Shown here: positions 39,792-53,264 of the stretch, one piece after another
Numbering within the stretch: the stretch's first letter is position 1
How the letters are laid out: each line of letters begins with the position of its first letter
Origin: Raja brachyura
Taxonomy: Eukaryota
Reading direction: 5' to 3'
DNA: 64,000 bases
NCBI GenBank assembly: GCA_963514005.1
Contig: OY740781.1
Coordinates: 34,286,001 to 34,350,000, forward strand
Program-made: the position numbers and the translations under genes
The notes under the pieces: generated by a model
What the model saw: the letters and a program-made list of their open reading frames with translations, nothing else
What the model was told of the DNA's origin: nothing
Database searches by the model: none

Positions 39792-40071
39792 TTAGTTTCG
39801 TTTCAGAGATACAGCGTGGAAACAGATACTTCGGTCAACCAACAATCACCGAAACACTAGTTCTATCCAACATACTAGGAACAATTTACAGAAGCCAATT
39901 AACCTACAATCCTGCACACCTTTTCGATGTGGGAGGAAACAGGAGCACCTGGAGAAAACCCATGCGGTCATAGGGAAAACATACCAACTCCGTACAGACA
40001 GCACCCGTAGTCAGGATCAAACCCGGGTCACTGTAAGGCAGCAACTCTACCGCTGCACCACTGTGCTGCCC
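39792..40071 (-). mobile_element. tRNA-derived SINE (HE1/V-SINE-like)
   Basis: Reverse complement of the SINE family, including B-box-like gggtttgatcctg. Confidence 0.85.
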
Positions 40072-40509
40072 AAGTTTTGCTGCGATATCAACTGTTTCCC
40101 AAACAACTCTCACCAAGCCTGTCTTCCATTCCTGGATTTATATTGGTTTTAGTTTTCTGATCCTAGAAGCACAGTTGATTCAATACTTGACAATATGGCA
40201 AACAATTTGCTGGTATTAAATGTAAAAAAAGATTACAAGTGCAAATAACTACAGATACTCCCACCTTTGTAAACATAATTAAGGGGATATTTAGTCATCA
40301 GAACAGTGTTCAATTGAAATACTGTTGGATTTTTTTAGGTGTACAGATATATTCAATGGCATGCAGAGGGAAATAAGTTGTTTCAAAAAATGTTCTACCT
40401 GCACACCTTCCCTGCTATTGGATAGAAGGTTGAAGTAAAATTAACAATTTACAATTTAAAAAAAAAACCTTGGTTTACAAAGCCCAAAGTTGACTTGCAA
40501 TACTTCGAC

Positions 40510-40645
40510 TGGTACATGGATAGGACAGGTTTGGAAGGATCTGGACCAAGTGCAGGAAGGTGGGACTAGTATAGCTGGGGCATGTTGACCGGTGTGGGCA
40601 AGTTGGGCCAAAGGGCCTGTTTCCACACTGTATCACTCTATGACT
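40510..40645 (+). mobile_element. CR1 3' tail
   Basis: ggtacatggataggacaggtttgg...gggcctgtttccacactgtatcactctatgact. Confidence 0.75.
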
Positions 40646-41450
40646 GCTATTATGGTAATTGAACAAAGAATTGCTGGATTATTTGTCCATTGACCTGCAT
40701 ATCTAGTCTAACAAAAGTATCACCTTACTGAACTACCTCAGCATTCCTACCTAGATCTAGATATCTCTCACTCCATGAGATTTACATAAAAAGCAGGAGA
40801 TGCGAAGCCCACTCCGTTCCTTAAGGTCAGACTGCCAAATATATCTCTATTGTATCACAATATTCATCAACAAAGAGTGAGAAGGACATAATATCCTCTG
40901 AACATCTATTCCAAAGATTTGCTCTTTCTTTAATAGTATTGGATAAAACAATCAGTTGTTTTCATCCCATATACAGTCCACACTGGTGCGACTAGCAAAA
41001 GAGATCAACTATTATTCACAGGGAAAGGTAGCAACAAACGATTTAGTCAAGTTTGATGTATTATAACAATTTAGTCAAGTTTGTCACTTATAAGTACAAT
41101 AAGCTAAAATCTTTCTGAATATCTAAACTCAATCACCCCAAGAGTCAGCATGGAAGAAGATGCTTATGGGTATTTTAAATTTGTGCTGTCGGGTGCTCAG
41201 TGTAATTATCTTACCTAGCACTGTGCGTACAACATGGTGTTCAAGGTTAGGAAGGATGACCCATTCAATATGGACCAATATTAGAAAATGTTATGAAATT
41301 AGTTATTATGCATGATATGTGGTATTACATGAGCATTCAAATAGATAATTGCATGTCCACTGCAGGTTATTGACTTGTGAATCTAAGAGGACAATTCACA
41401 TTTTAAATCAGTAATTTTAATGTATATGCTCCTCATAATATGTGCCAACA

Positions 41451-41716
41451 ATAGACAATAGACAATAGGTGCAGGAGTAGGCCGTTCGGCCCTTCGAGCC
41501 AGCACCACCATTCAATGTGACCATGGCTGATCATCCCCAATCAGTACCTCGTTCCTGCCTTCTCTCCATATCCCCTGACTCCGCTATTTTTAAGAGCCCT
41601 ATCAAGCTCTCTCTTGAAAGCATCCAGAGAACCTTCTTCCACCGCCCTCTGAGGCAGAGAATTCCACAAACTCGCCAGTCTCTGTGAGAAAAAGTGTTTC
41701 CTCGGCTCCGTTCTAA
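41451..41716 (-). mobile_element. CR1 3' fragment
   Basis: FFSQRLASLWNSLPQRAVEEGSLDAFKRELD; (atagaca)n tail. Confidence 0.9.
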
Positions 41717-43389
41717 TGTTGCCAACATGTTGCCAAAACACACCAATGCTCTTCTGAATCAATTTGCTAGGAAATGTGTATCTGCAGTCAGGAGGGGTTG
41801 CTGTAGCTTCCAAATGAGGAGATCAAATTTAGTAAAAAATAATTCTCTAGATTGATGACCTCCTGTTTTGCTGAGTTATGACGCCAAGTATTAACGATTA
41901 GGCACCTTAATCAAGGCATCATGGTATGTAGCGCAGAACCATTTTAGATAAACTATCACAAAGTACTATCAAACAGCTTATTTTATCATACCTTCCATTT
42001 CCATTGTAGCGGTTTATTTGAGGAAGCTGTTAAAACTGGTTTCTGGTACCAAGGAATTTATAAGTGCGACAAAATGTGACTGCATATGACAAGGCTTCCA
42101 TCTCCTGTCACGCTGAATGAGAAGAGTGATAATTTCCCCTAATGACTGTCTTCAAGAACTATGCCCTCTGGTTTTAAATGTTTCTAATAGCTGCAGATCC
42201 ACCACCCTGTGTCATATAAACAGATTTTTCACTGGGTTGTTTATCCAAATTCTAACTCTATCCAGATTAATCTGATGGCCTCTCATTTTCTCTGTACAAG
42301 AATGTCAATGAAGAATAACTGGTCAGCTTCAACTGAAATCTGGGAACCACAGAACAAAATCTCCCACATTCTGGTCCAAACTGCATAATGGTACGGGGTG
42401 TGTTTCTGAGATTTAACAAATTGCTTAGATGTTAACATTGAGTATCCAAAATTAGAATCCTCCCAAGAATTATATTTTTCACATACATAGGCAATCCAAA
42501 GTGCATACTGATCCAGCCAGGGAGAGTTAAATTTAAGGAACTGCACTTTTTATATCCTCATACAAAATATAAGATGCATTTAAAAAAAGCCCCTGTTCAA
42601 GTTTAAAATCAGGCAAATAAAGACCCTTGTACAACTGATGTGAGGCACACTACATTTTAGAAACTACATTGTGGAATAATATGCATTTTTAAAGGCATGG
42701 CTTAAGACATCAAGCACAGATTTGTTAAAAGCAAGTCACGTCAAGTTTTTGGAGAATATAATGACATAGATGCATAGCATGTATTATCATCAAAGGTCAT
42801 TCACCAAGATATGAATAGAAGGTTTGCTGATAGAATGAAGCTGCTTGGTGTTAAAGTTAATGTCGTGGCTTTACTGTGAAATGCTTTACTAGAAAAAAGT
42901 GATCACACTCAATAATGACTGTTTTCTGACAGAGGGGCATATAAGCGGTGATGTTACCTATTATTTTCCCATGTACATCATACCCAAAACAAGATTGCAT
43001 AAAATCCAAGATAGTACATTACCGAAGAATAGGATAGATGCTTGATTGTGATGCGGAAACTAAACGGTTTCAGGTGGATTTATTTAAATTGCGAGATCAG
43101 GCAAACCAATATCAGATTAGAATTAACACCCAGGAAGCATGATAATAGGAAGAATAAAAGGTAACACATTCGAATAATATAGATATAGCAAGTTGAGATA
43201 CAAATGTTAATAAAAATGTGATAAAATATTGAGGCATGTAAGGTCTTAGAGTTTCTTATTAAAATAATTAAGGATAAAAATAAATAGATCTTTTTGGTTC
43301 AAATGCAATTAGAAAATGGCATCTACTTTATGGCATCCTTCTTTGAAGGACACAAATGCACTGATGTTGTATGCTTCAAGACCATGAGA

Positions 43390-43780
43390 TTTCCCAGAGC
43401 ACTTCACAAAAGCAACGGTCTGTAATGTGGGAAACTAAATATGCTTGCTATACTTGTGTCGCTTATTAACTTAGATATCATACCCATGAAAACTTAAATC
43501 TTAATTGCATTATGAGGATACAATTTGGTGGTAGCCAAACTGCATAAACAACAAACAAGATAATCTATTTTAGTGATATTAATTGGCGAATGAATATGGA
43601 CCACAGCACTAGTGAGAACCCATGTGTTCCCATCATGCTGCTTTTACATCGTTTGTTTAATTGCTCCTCTAAAATATGTCATCCTACTTATCGCACTGGT
43701 CCAATCCATGCAATGAAATGTTCCACATGTTAAGATCAAATTTCTCAAGTGTGGTACATGCTATGAACCACAAATAAGAT
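43390..43780 (-). mobile_element. Degraded Deu-domain SINE
   Basis: gataatctattttagtgatatt...atggaccacagcactagtgagaac...cttttacatc resembles the reverse complement of the Deu core. Confidence 0.4.
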
Positions 43781-44017
43781 GCAGAAGGGATTCATAAACT
43801 ACAAGTCTATTTCTACAACATGGAAATATGCCTTTGGCCTTATTCATCCTTGCCAACCAAGTTGCTTACCTGAGGTCCATTTGCCCATTGGCCCATATCC
43901 CTTTGCCATACTCTCTAAAGTAGTTTTAATTAGGTCAAGAAACCAATGAAATTTGAGCTCTTTTCAATGGAACAGAAATATTTAGAAGATTTAATACAGA
44001 GATGTTCCAAAGTTTTG

Positions 44018-44219
44018 TGTAGGAAGGAACTGCAGATGCTGTCTTAAACTGAAGGTGGACACAATATGCTGGGGTAACTCAGAGGGACAGACAGCATCTC
44101 TGGAGAGAAGGAATGGGTGAGGCTTCGGGTCAAAGAAGGGTGTCGACCTGAAATGTCATCCATTCCTTCTCTCCAGATATGCTGCCTGTCCCGCTGAGTT
44201 ACTCCAGCTTTTTGTGTCC
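44018..44219. mobile_element. Palindromic Penelope-tail element with 16-bp TSD (1 mismatch)
   Basis: ATG(T/A)TCCAAAGTTTTG at 44002-44017 and 44220-44235; arms invert at ~44132. Confidence 0.85.
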
Positions 44220-45221
44220 ATGATCCAAAGTTTTGATGGATCTTGACAAGGAAATTCAAGGTAAGTTGCTTCCACTGGGTTGAGAATTAATGTCTAGGGA
44301 ACGAGGGGAAAGGTTAATTTTAAATCCAAAAATAGAATTGTAGGCATCAGCTAACAAGGCGCAGAGTACCTAACCCGAAACAGCAGTGAAACCAGAAACC
44401 CTACAGCTTTTACAAGGGAAGTGGAATTTATTTAAATGATATGCAGGTGAATGAGACCGACCAGATAGCTCTCTCTGCGAGCCAGCACTGCTGCAGTGGA
44501 AGTAATTGCTTCCTTCTGCACTAAAGAATTCTAAGAATTGATGGCAACAAGGCTTGCTTCATTATTTTAGTAACCACAGAAGATAGATATTCAGTCCATT
44601 GTAACCATGCCAGCCATTTGTGAGGGAAAGCAAAATGTGGAATAGATGTAATATAATCTAATCAGGATTTGAGGGGACCTTGGATTACTAGCTCGTTAAA
44701 CTTTTTCAAACTGATAAATTTATGGTTGGTCCGATCGTAGCTACTAAAAACGCCAAAGTCAAAAATGATGAGTAAAGCAAACAAGTCAACTAATATCGTG
44801 TAGCATAACATTCTATGCATTGTGAATTAGCTGGCTCAATTTTCCAGAGGGTCCAAAGAAAAATAAACATATTTATCCTGGTCTTATGTTCAATAACATG
44901 TTGAATGCTTTGGAAAAAAAACCTCCGGATTTATGGCCTCCCAAATTGATTTCGTTTGGTTGAAAGAATGTTCAATGGGAGTGGCTTTTATTTTAAAGAA
45001 TAAGCTTATTCTGCTGTACAGCAATACATAAAATATATGAAAGTTCTTACAGTGATTCACGTAAATTGATAATTATAGCAATATGGTATTTATCAAATTG
45101 GAATATTCTGAAAAAGGGATTTGTAGAGGTTTTAACAAAATTGTTTAAAAAAAATTGATAAGCACACATAGCCAAGCTGAAAAATGTCAAATGGCAATTT
45201 AGAAAAAACATGAATGAAAAT

Positions 45222-45365
45222 CAAAAAAACTGCAAATGCTAGAAACCGTTAGCAGGTCAGACAGCATCCATGAAGGTCTGAAGATTCTTTGATTTGAAAC
45301 GTAAACTCCATTTCTCTTTCCACAGATGCTGCCTGGCCTGTTGAGAATATCAAATATTTTCTGCT
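45222..45365. mobile_element. Old palindromic Penelope-tail element
   Basis: agcaggtcagacagcatc ... gtctgaagattctttgatttgaaacgtaa ... gatgctgcctggcctgttgag. Confidence 0.55.
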
Positions 45366-46232
45366 CTTAATATTTAAAAAAATGTGCTTTGACAGAATTT
45401 CAAAAATCCAGCGGGCATGGAGGAAGAGACACAAACTATGATTGAATAAGGGCCAGTTGCCACCCATCAATGATCAGTGGTGGGAAGTTAACTGATTGGG
45501 TGAGGATGTGTACAGCAGAGTTTTTAGCTGGCTGATCACTGGGATGGTTTGAATGTATGATTAATGGATGGGCCCAAGTGATCAGGGGGTTGATGTTGCC
45601 AATGGGAATCCCCTTTAAGTCGCACAGAAGTAGGCTGTGAACTTTGTCGCCCACTGCAACGTGAGTACAAATCTTAGAAATGGCACCTAGCTAAGTTCCT
45701 GCATTTAGGAGCAACAAATCAGCTTTTCACTGTACCTCACGTTGTAATTCACAACGCATGCAATTCACAACTTTTACTCATTTTTTACTTCGGCAAATTG
45801 GATTGCCTGGCACGCAAAAAGCATGGCGATTCACATTCTAATTTCAAGGTAGTAATAACGTAACTGAAATTCATATATAATCTTAAAATGAAAGCATATT
45901 AACACCAGTTTTGTACTTCACACTCTCCCAAATAAATACAGAGACACCACCAAAAATTCCACAATTTTCGTGGATGTCTAACTTTAATTCTACCTCCGAG
46001 CCAAAATTGCTGAGATTACATTTGGGCTCCATCGACTAAAAAAAGATTTGGTAGTTTTCACTAACTATGCCGAAAGATAAAGATAACTATGCCGAAAGAT
46101 TCATGGGGGAATCACTGTTGCTTTTATTTGAATAAAGTGACTCTTCGCAGTAACATGAAATTATGTCCTTTTAAATGTGCAAGAGTTAAAGGCAAATCTT
46201 CACAGTATTACATCTTACTCATATTAATCGCA

Positions 46233-46425
46233 AAACCCATCTGGTTCACTAATGCCCTTTAGGGAAGGAAATCTGGCATCGTTACCCAGTCTGGCCTACA
46301 TGTGACTCCAGACACAGACACAGTTGATTCTTATTTCCCTCCTCTGTTTTCGGGCTACCATAGACAGATAACAAAGGACGGCATTACTAGCGATGACTAC
46401 ATCTCGATTGAATAAATAAATAAAA
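46233..46425 (+). mobile_element. SINE/LINE 3' fragment of a further family (A-rich tail)
   Basis: acccatctggttcactaatgccctttagggaaggaaatctg...gtctggcctacatgtgactccagac ending in (aata)n; family name uncertain. Confidence 0.5.
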
Positions 46426-48204
46426 GAACAATATGAAATCAATAATTTAAGTTTTTGCAGAAAAAATTGTCAATCAAACTGCACCAGTTAATTGCAAAAT
46501 CCAGATCTTCATACTGCATGTTACTATCTGAACCCAAAACTTAATTCTTGCAATGAGGCACGAATACAACACAACCATAGCACACTGGTCAAATGCTCCT
46601 TGCTTACCCAAGACTTATTGGAAAGGATAAGAAAGTGCTAATATTTAAAATTCTCCTGATTTGCATTTGTACCTCTTCTATTTCTATGATTGAACAGAGG
46701 TGGTAAAGTTAAAGAACATAACCTGCTGTTTGAGCGTTATTGACTGCCAAAAGATCACCACATCCCAAGGCTACTCCTCCATCTGAAGCCAACAATACTT
46801 CTAGAATACAATGCTAAATGTTTAAGTCCGAACTACATTCCACACTATAATGTTTCTATAAATCTAATGGGCATTATTTCTCGCTATCCATTTGTGAGTT
46901 CGAAGTGAGCTTCAAGAATGCTCTGGTTGAGATTTTAACCTTGGAATTTCACACTTCAGCTAATTTGGGGGTACTAAATAACCACATAGCGGTGCTGCTA
47001 CAATTTTAGTTGAGTTTAATGGTAAATTATAGTGCTGATAATTTTAAACTTTCTGAAAGATTTCAGCACACCATAAAAATGGATGAGTACAGTTGTTGTA
47101 CTACATTAATATGAACAGTGAAACAAGCTCGACAGTATAATTACAGACTTTGTCTTTCTAAACTTGGGTTTTATCTCAAGGGTGCATTTTGAGCTGCATA
47201 AAATTAGAGTGATGCACTAGTAATTATAGGACTGACGCATTTTGCGGTAACGGTGGGCAAAATTCGATATGCTGGATTAAGAAAATTATATAATATTGAT
47301 TCAAATCACTTTTTTTTACAGCATAATCATAACAAGCTAGCAATACAAATGGTCAGCTTTTACTTAAAACCACCCCAAATATTAAGGTGATTTTCTTCTT
47401 CCTGTTATATGCAATAAAAAAAAATGTCAATTCATATTTCTATCTTTTGATTTTTATTAAATCCTCACTAAAGATGTATTTAGAAATGTTAACTGTAGGG
47501 AATATTAACTGAAAAATTACTCAATATAGAATTCCTCTCACACTAACACTGGTCAACAATACTTCTATTGAAGCCCCACAGAAATCACACACATTTTGCT
47601 TTTATTATGTGACATAAAAAATACAGAAGGATAATCACCCTAAAAACCATATACAGCTACATTTCAATAGGATTCTCATTGGAGTTATAATCCCAGTCCT
47701 GAAGATACATTCTCGTTAAGTATCAAAATAAAGTCTTGCTGAATAGTTGAGTGTTAAAAAAAAACACTTTTCTACAATTATGTTTTAATCTATAAATAAA
47801 TGTTCCTAAACCTATTGGGATGCTAAGCATGTGATTCAGGCCAGGGATTAAAATGTGAATACATGAAGCACATCCATTGTGGATCAATTATTCGAGTTTC
47901 ATGCACTATGGATTCTATGAAACAAGAAATAAGTAGAAAATGCCACGTAAGCCTGTCATCACATTTTAAAAGTCCACAAGGGGGCACAAGAAACTGCATG
48001 AGAATGTCAAAAAGATAATTATTCATTACATAGCTTTGCAAGACTTTATTTTACATGTTTCCACCTTGCACTAGAGACTGTTCAAAAGTGGTGTACGTAA
48101 ATGTCATTACTATCCCCTCATGTGACTTTGACAAAACCACAAACACAAAGCATTGTGGCAATTAATTCAATACAGCTAGCTATTTGACATTTGTCTTTGT
48201 AATT

Positions 48205-49935
48205 TAGTCATACAGCCACAGAGTCACACAACATGACAACAAACATTTCAGCCCAACTTGACCATGCTGACCAACACGCCCCATCTACACGAGCCCCGCC
48301 TGTGTGCATTTTGCGCATATCCCTCTAGACCCATCCTATCCATGTACCTGTCTAAATGTTTCTTAAATGTTGTGATAGTACCTGCCTCAACTACCCCATC
48401 TGGCAACATGTTCCATATACAGTACCTACCACCATTTGTGTAAAAGGTTGCCCTTCAGGTTCCTATTTAACCTTTCCCCCCTCACTTTAACCTGATGTCC
48501 CCTGTTTTTCAATTCCCCTACTCTGGGCAAAAGACTGTGTGCATTTATCCTCTCTATTCCTCTAATGGTCTTGTACACCTCTAAAGGATCATCCCTCGTC
48601 TTCCTGCACTCCTAGCAGTCCTTTAGTCCTGTGACATCAGTCCTGAACAAAATGCTCAAAATGCAAACTCACCAATGTCTTGTAAAAATGTAATATGACC
48701 TCCCAACTTCTATACTCAATATTCTGAGTGATGAAGACCAATGGGCCGAAAGCCTTCTTGACCCCCTTTCTACTTGTGACACTTTCGAGGAACTATGTAC
48801 TTGCAATCCTAGATCCCTCGGCTCTACATCACTATCCAGAGCCCTAACATTTACTGTGTAGGTCATGCCCTAGTTATACTCCCCAAAATGCAACACCTTC
48901 CACTTCTCTGTATTAAATTCCATTAACCATTCATCAGCCCACCTGCCATGTTAATCAAGATCCTGCTGCATTTTTTGACAGCAATCTTTGCTATCTACAA
49001 TAGCCACCCAATTTAGTTATCATCTGCAAGTTTACTAATCATGCCTTGTATGCTCTCATCCAAATCATTGATAAATGATTGAGAATTAAGACATGACATG
49101 AGAATTAAGGGACAGAAGTTTAGGGGCAACATCAGGGGGAACGTCTTTACTCAGAGAGTGGTGGCTGTGTGGAATGAGCTACCAGCAGAAGTGGTGGAGG
49201 CAAGATCGATTTTAACATTTAAAAGTAAAGTGGATAGGTATATGGATGGGAAGGGAATGGAGGGATATGGTCTAAGTGCAGGTAGATGGGACTAGGAGAA
49301 AATAAATGGTAGGCACGGACTGGAAGGGCCAAGAGGGCCTGTTTCCATGCTGTAATTGTTATATGGTTATATGTTATATGATTATAAAGATGACAAACAG
49401 CAATAGACCTATCACCAAATTCTGAGGTACACCACTATTCTCAGCACTCCAAACCGAAAAGCAACCTTCCACCATCACCCTCTGCTTCCTTTAGTGAAGA
49501 CAATTTTCTATCTAATTTTCATATCCCTCAGAATACTTTCAGGTAACTTTCCGACCACAGATGTTAGACCCACTGGCCTGTAGTTCCCAGGTGTTTCCCT
49601 GCAACCATTCTTAAATAGAGGCACAATATTTGCCATCCTCTAAGTCTGCCATGATCAGCCATGATCATATTGAATGGTGGTGCAGGCTCGAAGGGCCGAA
49701 TGGCCTACTCCTGCACCTAATTTCTATGTTTCTATGTTATGGCACTTCACCTGTATTTAATGATGACACAGAAATCTCAGCCAGGGCTCCTGCAATTTCC
49801 TCGCAAGCTTCCCGCAGTGCCCTTGGAAATATATGGTCAGGCCCGGGAGATTTATCTACCTTCATACGCATTAGGACAATCAGATCCTCATTGACCATAA
49901 TACTGACTGCCCTAGAGACACTTCCATAGGCTGCC
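48205..49935 (-). mobile_element. Degraded CR1 LINE (RT region to 3' tail) with nested insertions
   Basis: DKSPGPDHIFPRALREACEEIAGALAEI, then NIVPLFK..GNYRPVGLTSVVGK, a KLADD-like motif and the CR1 3' tail. Confidence 0.9.
49095..49380 (+). mobile_element. Younger CR1 3' fragment nested antisense in CR1
   Basis: RIKGQKFRGNIRGNVFTQRVVAVWNELPAEVVEA; (gttatatg)n tail. Confidence 0.85.
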
Positions 49936-51699
49936 CCAAGTTCCCCGATCCTTGAAACAGAGAACCCAATGATAATATTTTGTATATTACAGTTGTTAAT
50001 TGACAAAGTTAGAGTGGAATTTAGAGCATTAAAATTGTGAAGCTGATAGTAGTTAAGTGACTCTAAAACTTGACTTTAAAAATGGTGATTAGAAAATGCA
50101 GTCCTATAGTCCTAATGCCAGTCCTATAGCCACACTCTTATTAAAGCCTCTCTGGGGTTTGGGAGGAGAGGGTAGGGGGACAAGTGCAGGGAAGAGAGAA
50201 CATGCATGAAATAGGTAAGAGAAATGAGTGAAAATACAAACATGAGTAGGAAAAGTTGGAAAAAAGAAAAACACGTCTGGGACCACTTAGTTGTACCTCT
50301 TGGTAGAACGATCAAAGCATGCAAGTCATGAAATCATGGAGATAGCTGCAGGCAAGCCTGTGGCACCATTCCAAGTGAGTTTTAAAAAATCTGGTGAGAG
50401 GAAATAATTTGGTGGGCGAGTACAAAAGTGCAAGAATGGTCACAACACAGAATAAAATTAGAAAATACTGCAACCCATTACAGAAGGTCATACTCCTAAG
50501 GTATAAGGAGGTTACACTGATGGAATTTTCTTTTGTGGGCAGATTTGTTATTAGGTGCAAATAAGTTAAGGACTGCATCATATATTTCAAAAGTTGGAGG
50601 GAATCTTATTCGGCCCATTTAAGCAAATTTGTTTCTAAGTGTCCTACACCGAGAGAGCTTTAATTAAACAATAACAACTTTGTAGGTCACATTAAAAACG
50701 GCAAAGCCACGCCGTAAATTAACTGGCACCTGGTGCAATACTGAGATAAATCTAAAGGTGGTGCATGAGCACATGTAAAACATTTCAATGTAAAAAATAT
50801 GAGGCCCTCTGTCTGTAAACTGCTTCTTATAAAACAGAATAAACTAAAACAGCCAACAGAAAACAAGCCATGTTAAAGTGCCAATTTCTGTAACACACAG
50901 GAAAAATGTCACCAAGTCACATTCAAAATGTGACCTTCAGTTTTACAGCACAGTATAATTTCTGAGATTTTTGCAGAAAGCTCATGTGTCGCAGTATAAA
51001 TATAACCATGCCTCTTGAATATCACTGTCCAAAGTACCATCCTCAAGTAAAACCACTCATTAGATTGAAGGCTAGCTATGAGATGTAAAACACAATGTAC
51101 TCTGTGTAATTTTAGCTCATTGTTAACAAGTTTTGGTATTCCAAGCATTAAAATAGCAGTTTAATAGATTAACACCATGACGATTATGCTTATAATTAAA
51201 AAAAAACACCAGCCTTTCTTCACAATAGTTTTTGCATTAAAAAAAGAGGATTAACTTCCCTACATTATGATATGCTCCCTAAATGATGGAAAGGCTAACT
51301 TTAACCAACATTTGTTAAAATGTAGATTTAAAATATTGTCATTAATCTTTGGCAAAATACATTCTAATTACCCTCTCCACTCAAATAGCCTTGTGACCGG
51401 CGTATATAAATTACAGAGAGTGAAGAATTTTTCTGCACAGTTTAACTCTCACAAATGTTCCCTGGAGTGAACAATTTTGGAATTCAGCAGCTGGATTTCC
51501 ATTACTTCATTCCACAAGATCTCTAGCTTCTCAAGGTCTGCTCTAGGAAAAACAAGTCCAAATCACTTTACTGTCCCAACCGTAACCCTTTATGCTAAAA
51601 TGTTCAAGACTTTTTGTGAGATGCATGCTTGTAGTTTTATAACCAGACTCTTCTTTTATCTGGACTGAAAAAACAACATGTTGAATTTAATAACAAATA

Positions 51700-52075
51700 A
51701 AAGTCGCTGCAAGGGATCGAATTAAAAACGCTATGACAAATTTTAACGGCGACAACTGGGAAGAGGCTGCTGAGGACCGGGGGAGGAGGAAGAAGAACCT
51801 CCAGGTGTCTATGAACACCATGACAGCATGGGGTTCAAGACCCTGGAGGTCAGGTGCCAACGCCCCATATTGGTCAATGGCAACAGCAACACACTTCCCA
51901 ATCTAATGGCCAGTGACAACTTGACTTGTGGAACCTGTGGGAGGGTCTGCCTGGCAAGGAAAGTCCTAGTCAGCCACAGCAGGAAAAACAAACCACTGAT
52001 GCATATTCCCCTCTCCAAGTGGGACAATGTCAAACCCGCACCTTCAGCTTTCGCAGATGGACGGATGCCACCAAT
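51700..52075 (+). mobile_element. RTE-clade LINE 3' fragment
   Basis: NWEEAAEDR motif, C-terminal CGTCGRVCLARKVLVSHSR zinc-knuckle-like motif, 3' end gatggacggatgcca. Confidence 0.7.
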
Positions 52076-52310
52076 TTTTAAAAAATCAAGGAGTGGGAAA
52101 GGAAATCATTAAAATTTAACACCATGAAATCATGGTTTGTATTTGTGAAAGAGTAACCAACTCCGACCTGCACAATTACAATGTTTGTCTCCTATTGTAA
52201 ACCAGCATCTACAAGTCATTATTTAATATTTCTGATATTCGGGCCCATATTTTGCACCTCTTACACTAATAATACCTCAGCTATAATAGTTTAATCTCTT
52301 TACAAAGATG

Positions 52311-52918
52311 GAACACAAAGTGCCGGAGTATCTCAGCAGGTCAGGCAGCATTCCTGGAGGACATGGATTGATAATGTTTCAGATCAGGACACTTCTGATT
52401 CCAGCATCAGCAATTCATTGTGTCTACTGTTTACAGAGATGGCTAATGCAAGCCAAAGCTCCTGAAGTGACCTGCTTTACTCTCAGTATTTCTCTCAGAA
52501 TCCTGCCTCCATTCCCTTCCACTTATAGCCCTCCTCCTGGCTTTACATTTCACTCCTCTTCTCCACTTATCTGACAACTGTTTGGCTCCATTTCATTTCT
52601 TGCATTTGTCCGCTCATTGGTCAATAAAATCACTCTCACCTGTATCCACATTATTTGCCAGGTTTTGTTCCACCTCCCACCTCCCTACCCACCCAAACTC
52701 AGCCTCCCCCACCATCTCCTCGCCTCCCCCCCACCATCTCTCCTCCCCCCAACCACCTCTCCTTCCCCCCCCCCCCCCAACCACCTCTCCTCCTCCCCCC
52801 AACCCCCTCTCCTCCCCCCCACCTCTTCTCCACCACCACCAACCCTCCCCCACTCACTACGCAGCCTGGCCCACTTAAGTACTCCAGCACTTTGCGTTTT
52901 AATCAAGATTCCAGCACC
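52311..52918. mobile_element. Degraded Penelope 3' region(s) containing a C-rich tandem expansion
   Basis: Tail motifs at 52311-52426 and 52860-52918 (tactccagcactttg...gattccagca); pyrimidine-rich UTR between them. Confidence 0.55.
52700..52845. repeat. Imperfect C-rich tandem array (~20-25 nt units; G-quadruplex-prone on minus strand)
   Basis: About 5 units of ccacc(a)tctcctcctcccccc(aa). Confidence 0.8.
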
Positions 52919-52959
52919 GGCAGTAGGAAAACCCTCTGATGAAGACATTGCCCCTGGGG

Positions 52960-53165
52960 TGGTGGCAATGGTGAGTGCCTGGAACATGCTGCATGGGGTG
53001 ATGTTTGGGGTAGACATAATTGTAAAATAATTTTAGATAGACATATGGATATGCAGGGGATGGAGGGATGGATTATGTGCAGGTAGATAAATGATGGTCT
53101 TGGCATCATGTTCGGCACATATGTTGTGTGTCAAAGGATCTGTTCTTGTCTTGTATTGTGTTAGT
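52960..53165 (+). mobile_element. CR1 3' fragment
   Basis: ggtgagtgcctggaacatgctgc...gatagacatatggatatgcaggg. Confidence 0.65.
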
Positions 53166-53264
53166 TATATCTATAGAAAATAATGCTTTTCACTGTACCT
53201 CGGTACGCATGACAATAATAAACCTAAAACTAAAAGTAAAGTTAAGATTCTGGTGACTTCCTGG

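Noticed and set aside
41991-42546. ORF 42283-42546 and a possible minus-strand exon ending at a GTATGA donor
   Set aside because: The frame examined has stops, and TRGH-like and VQRK-like remnants suggest an ancient CR1 relic
52582-53030. Pro-rich and Gly-rich ORFs
   Set aside because: Translations of a C-rich low-complexity array
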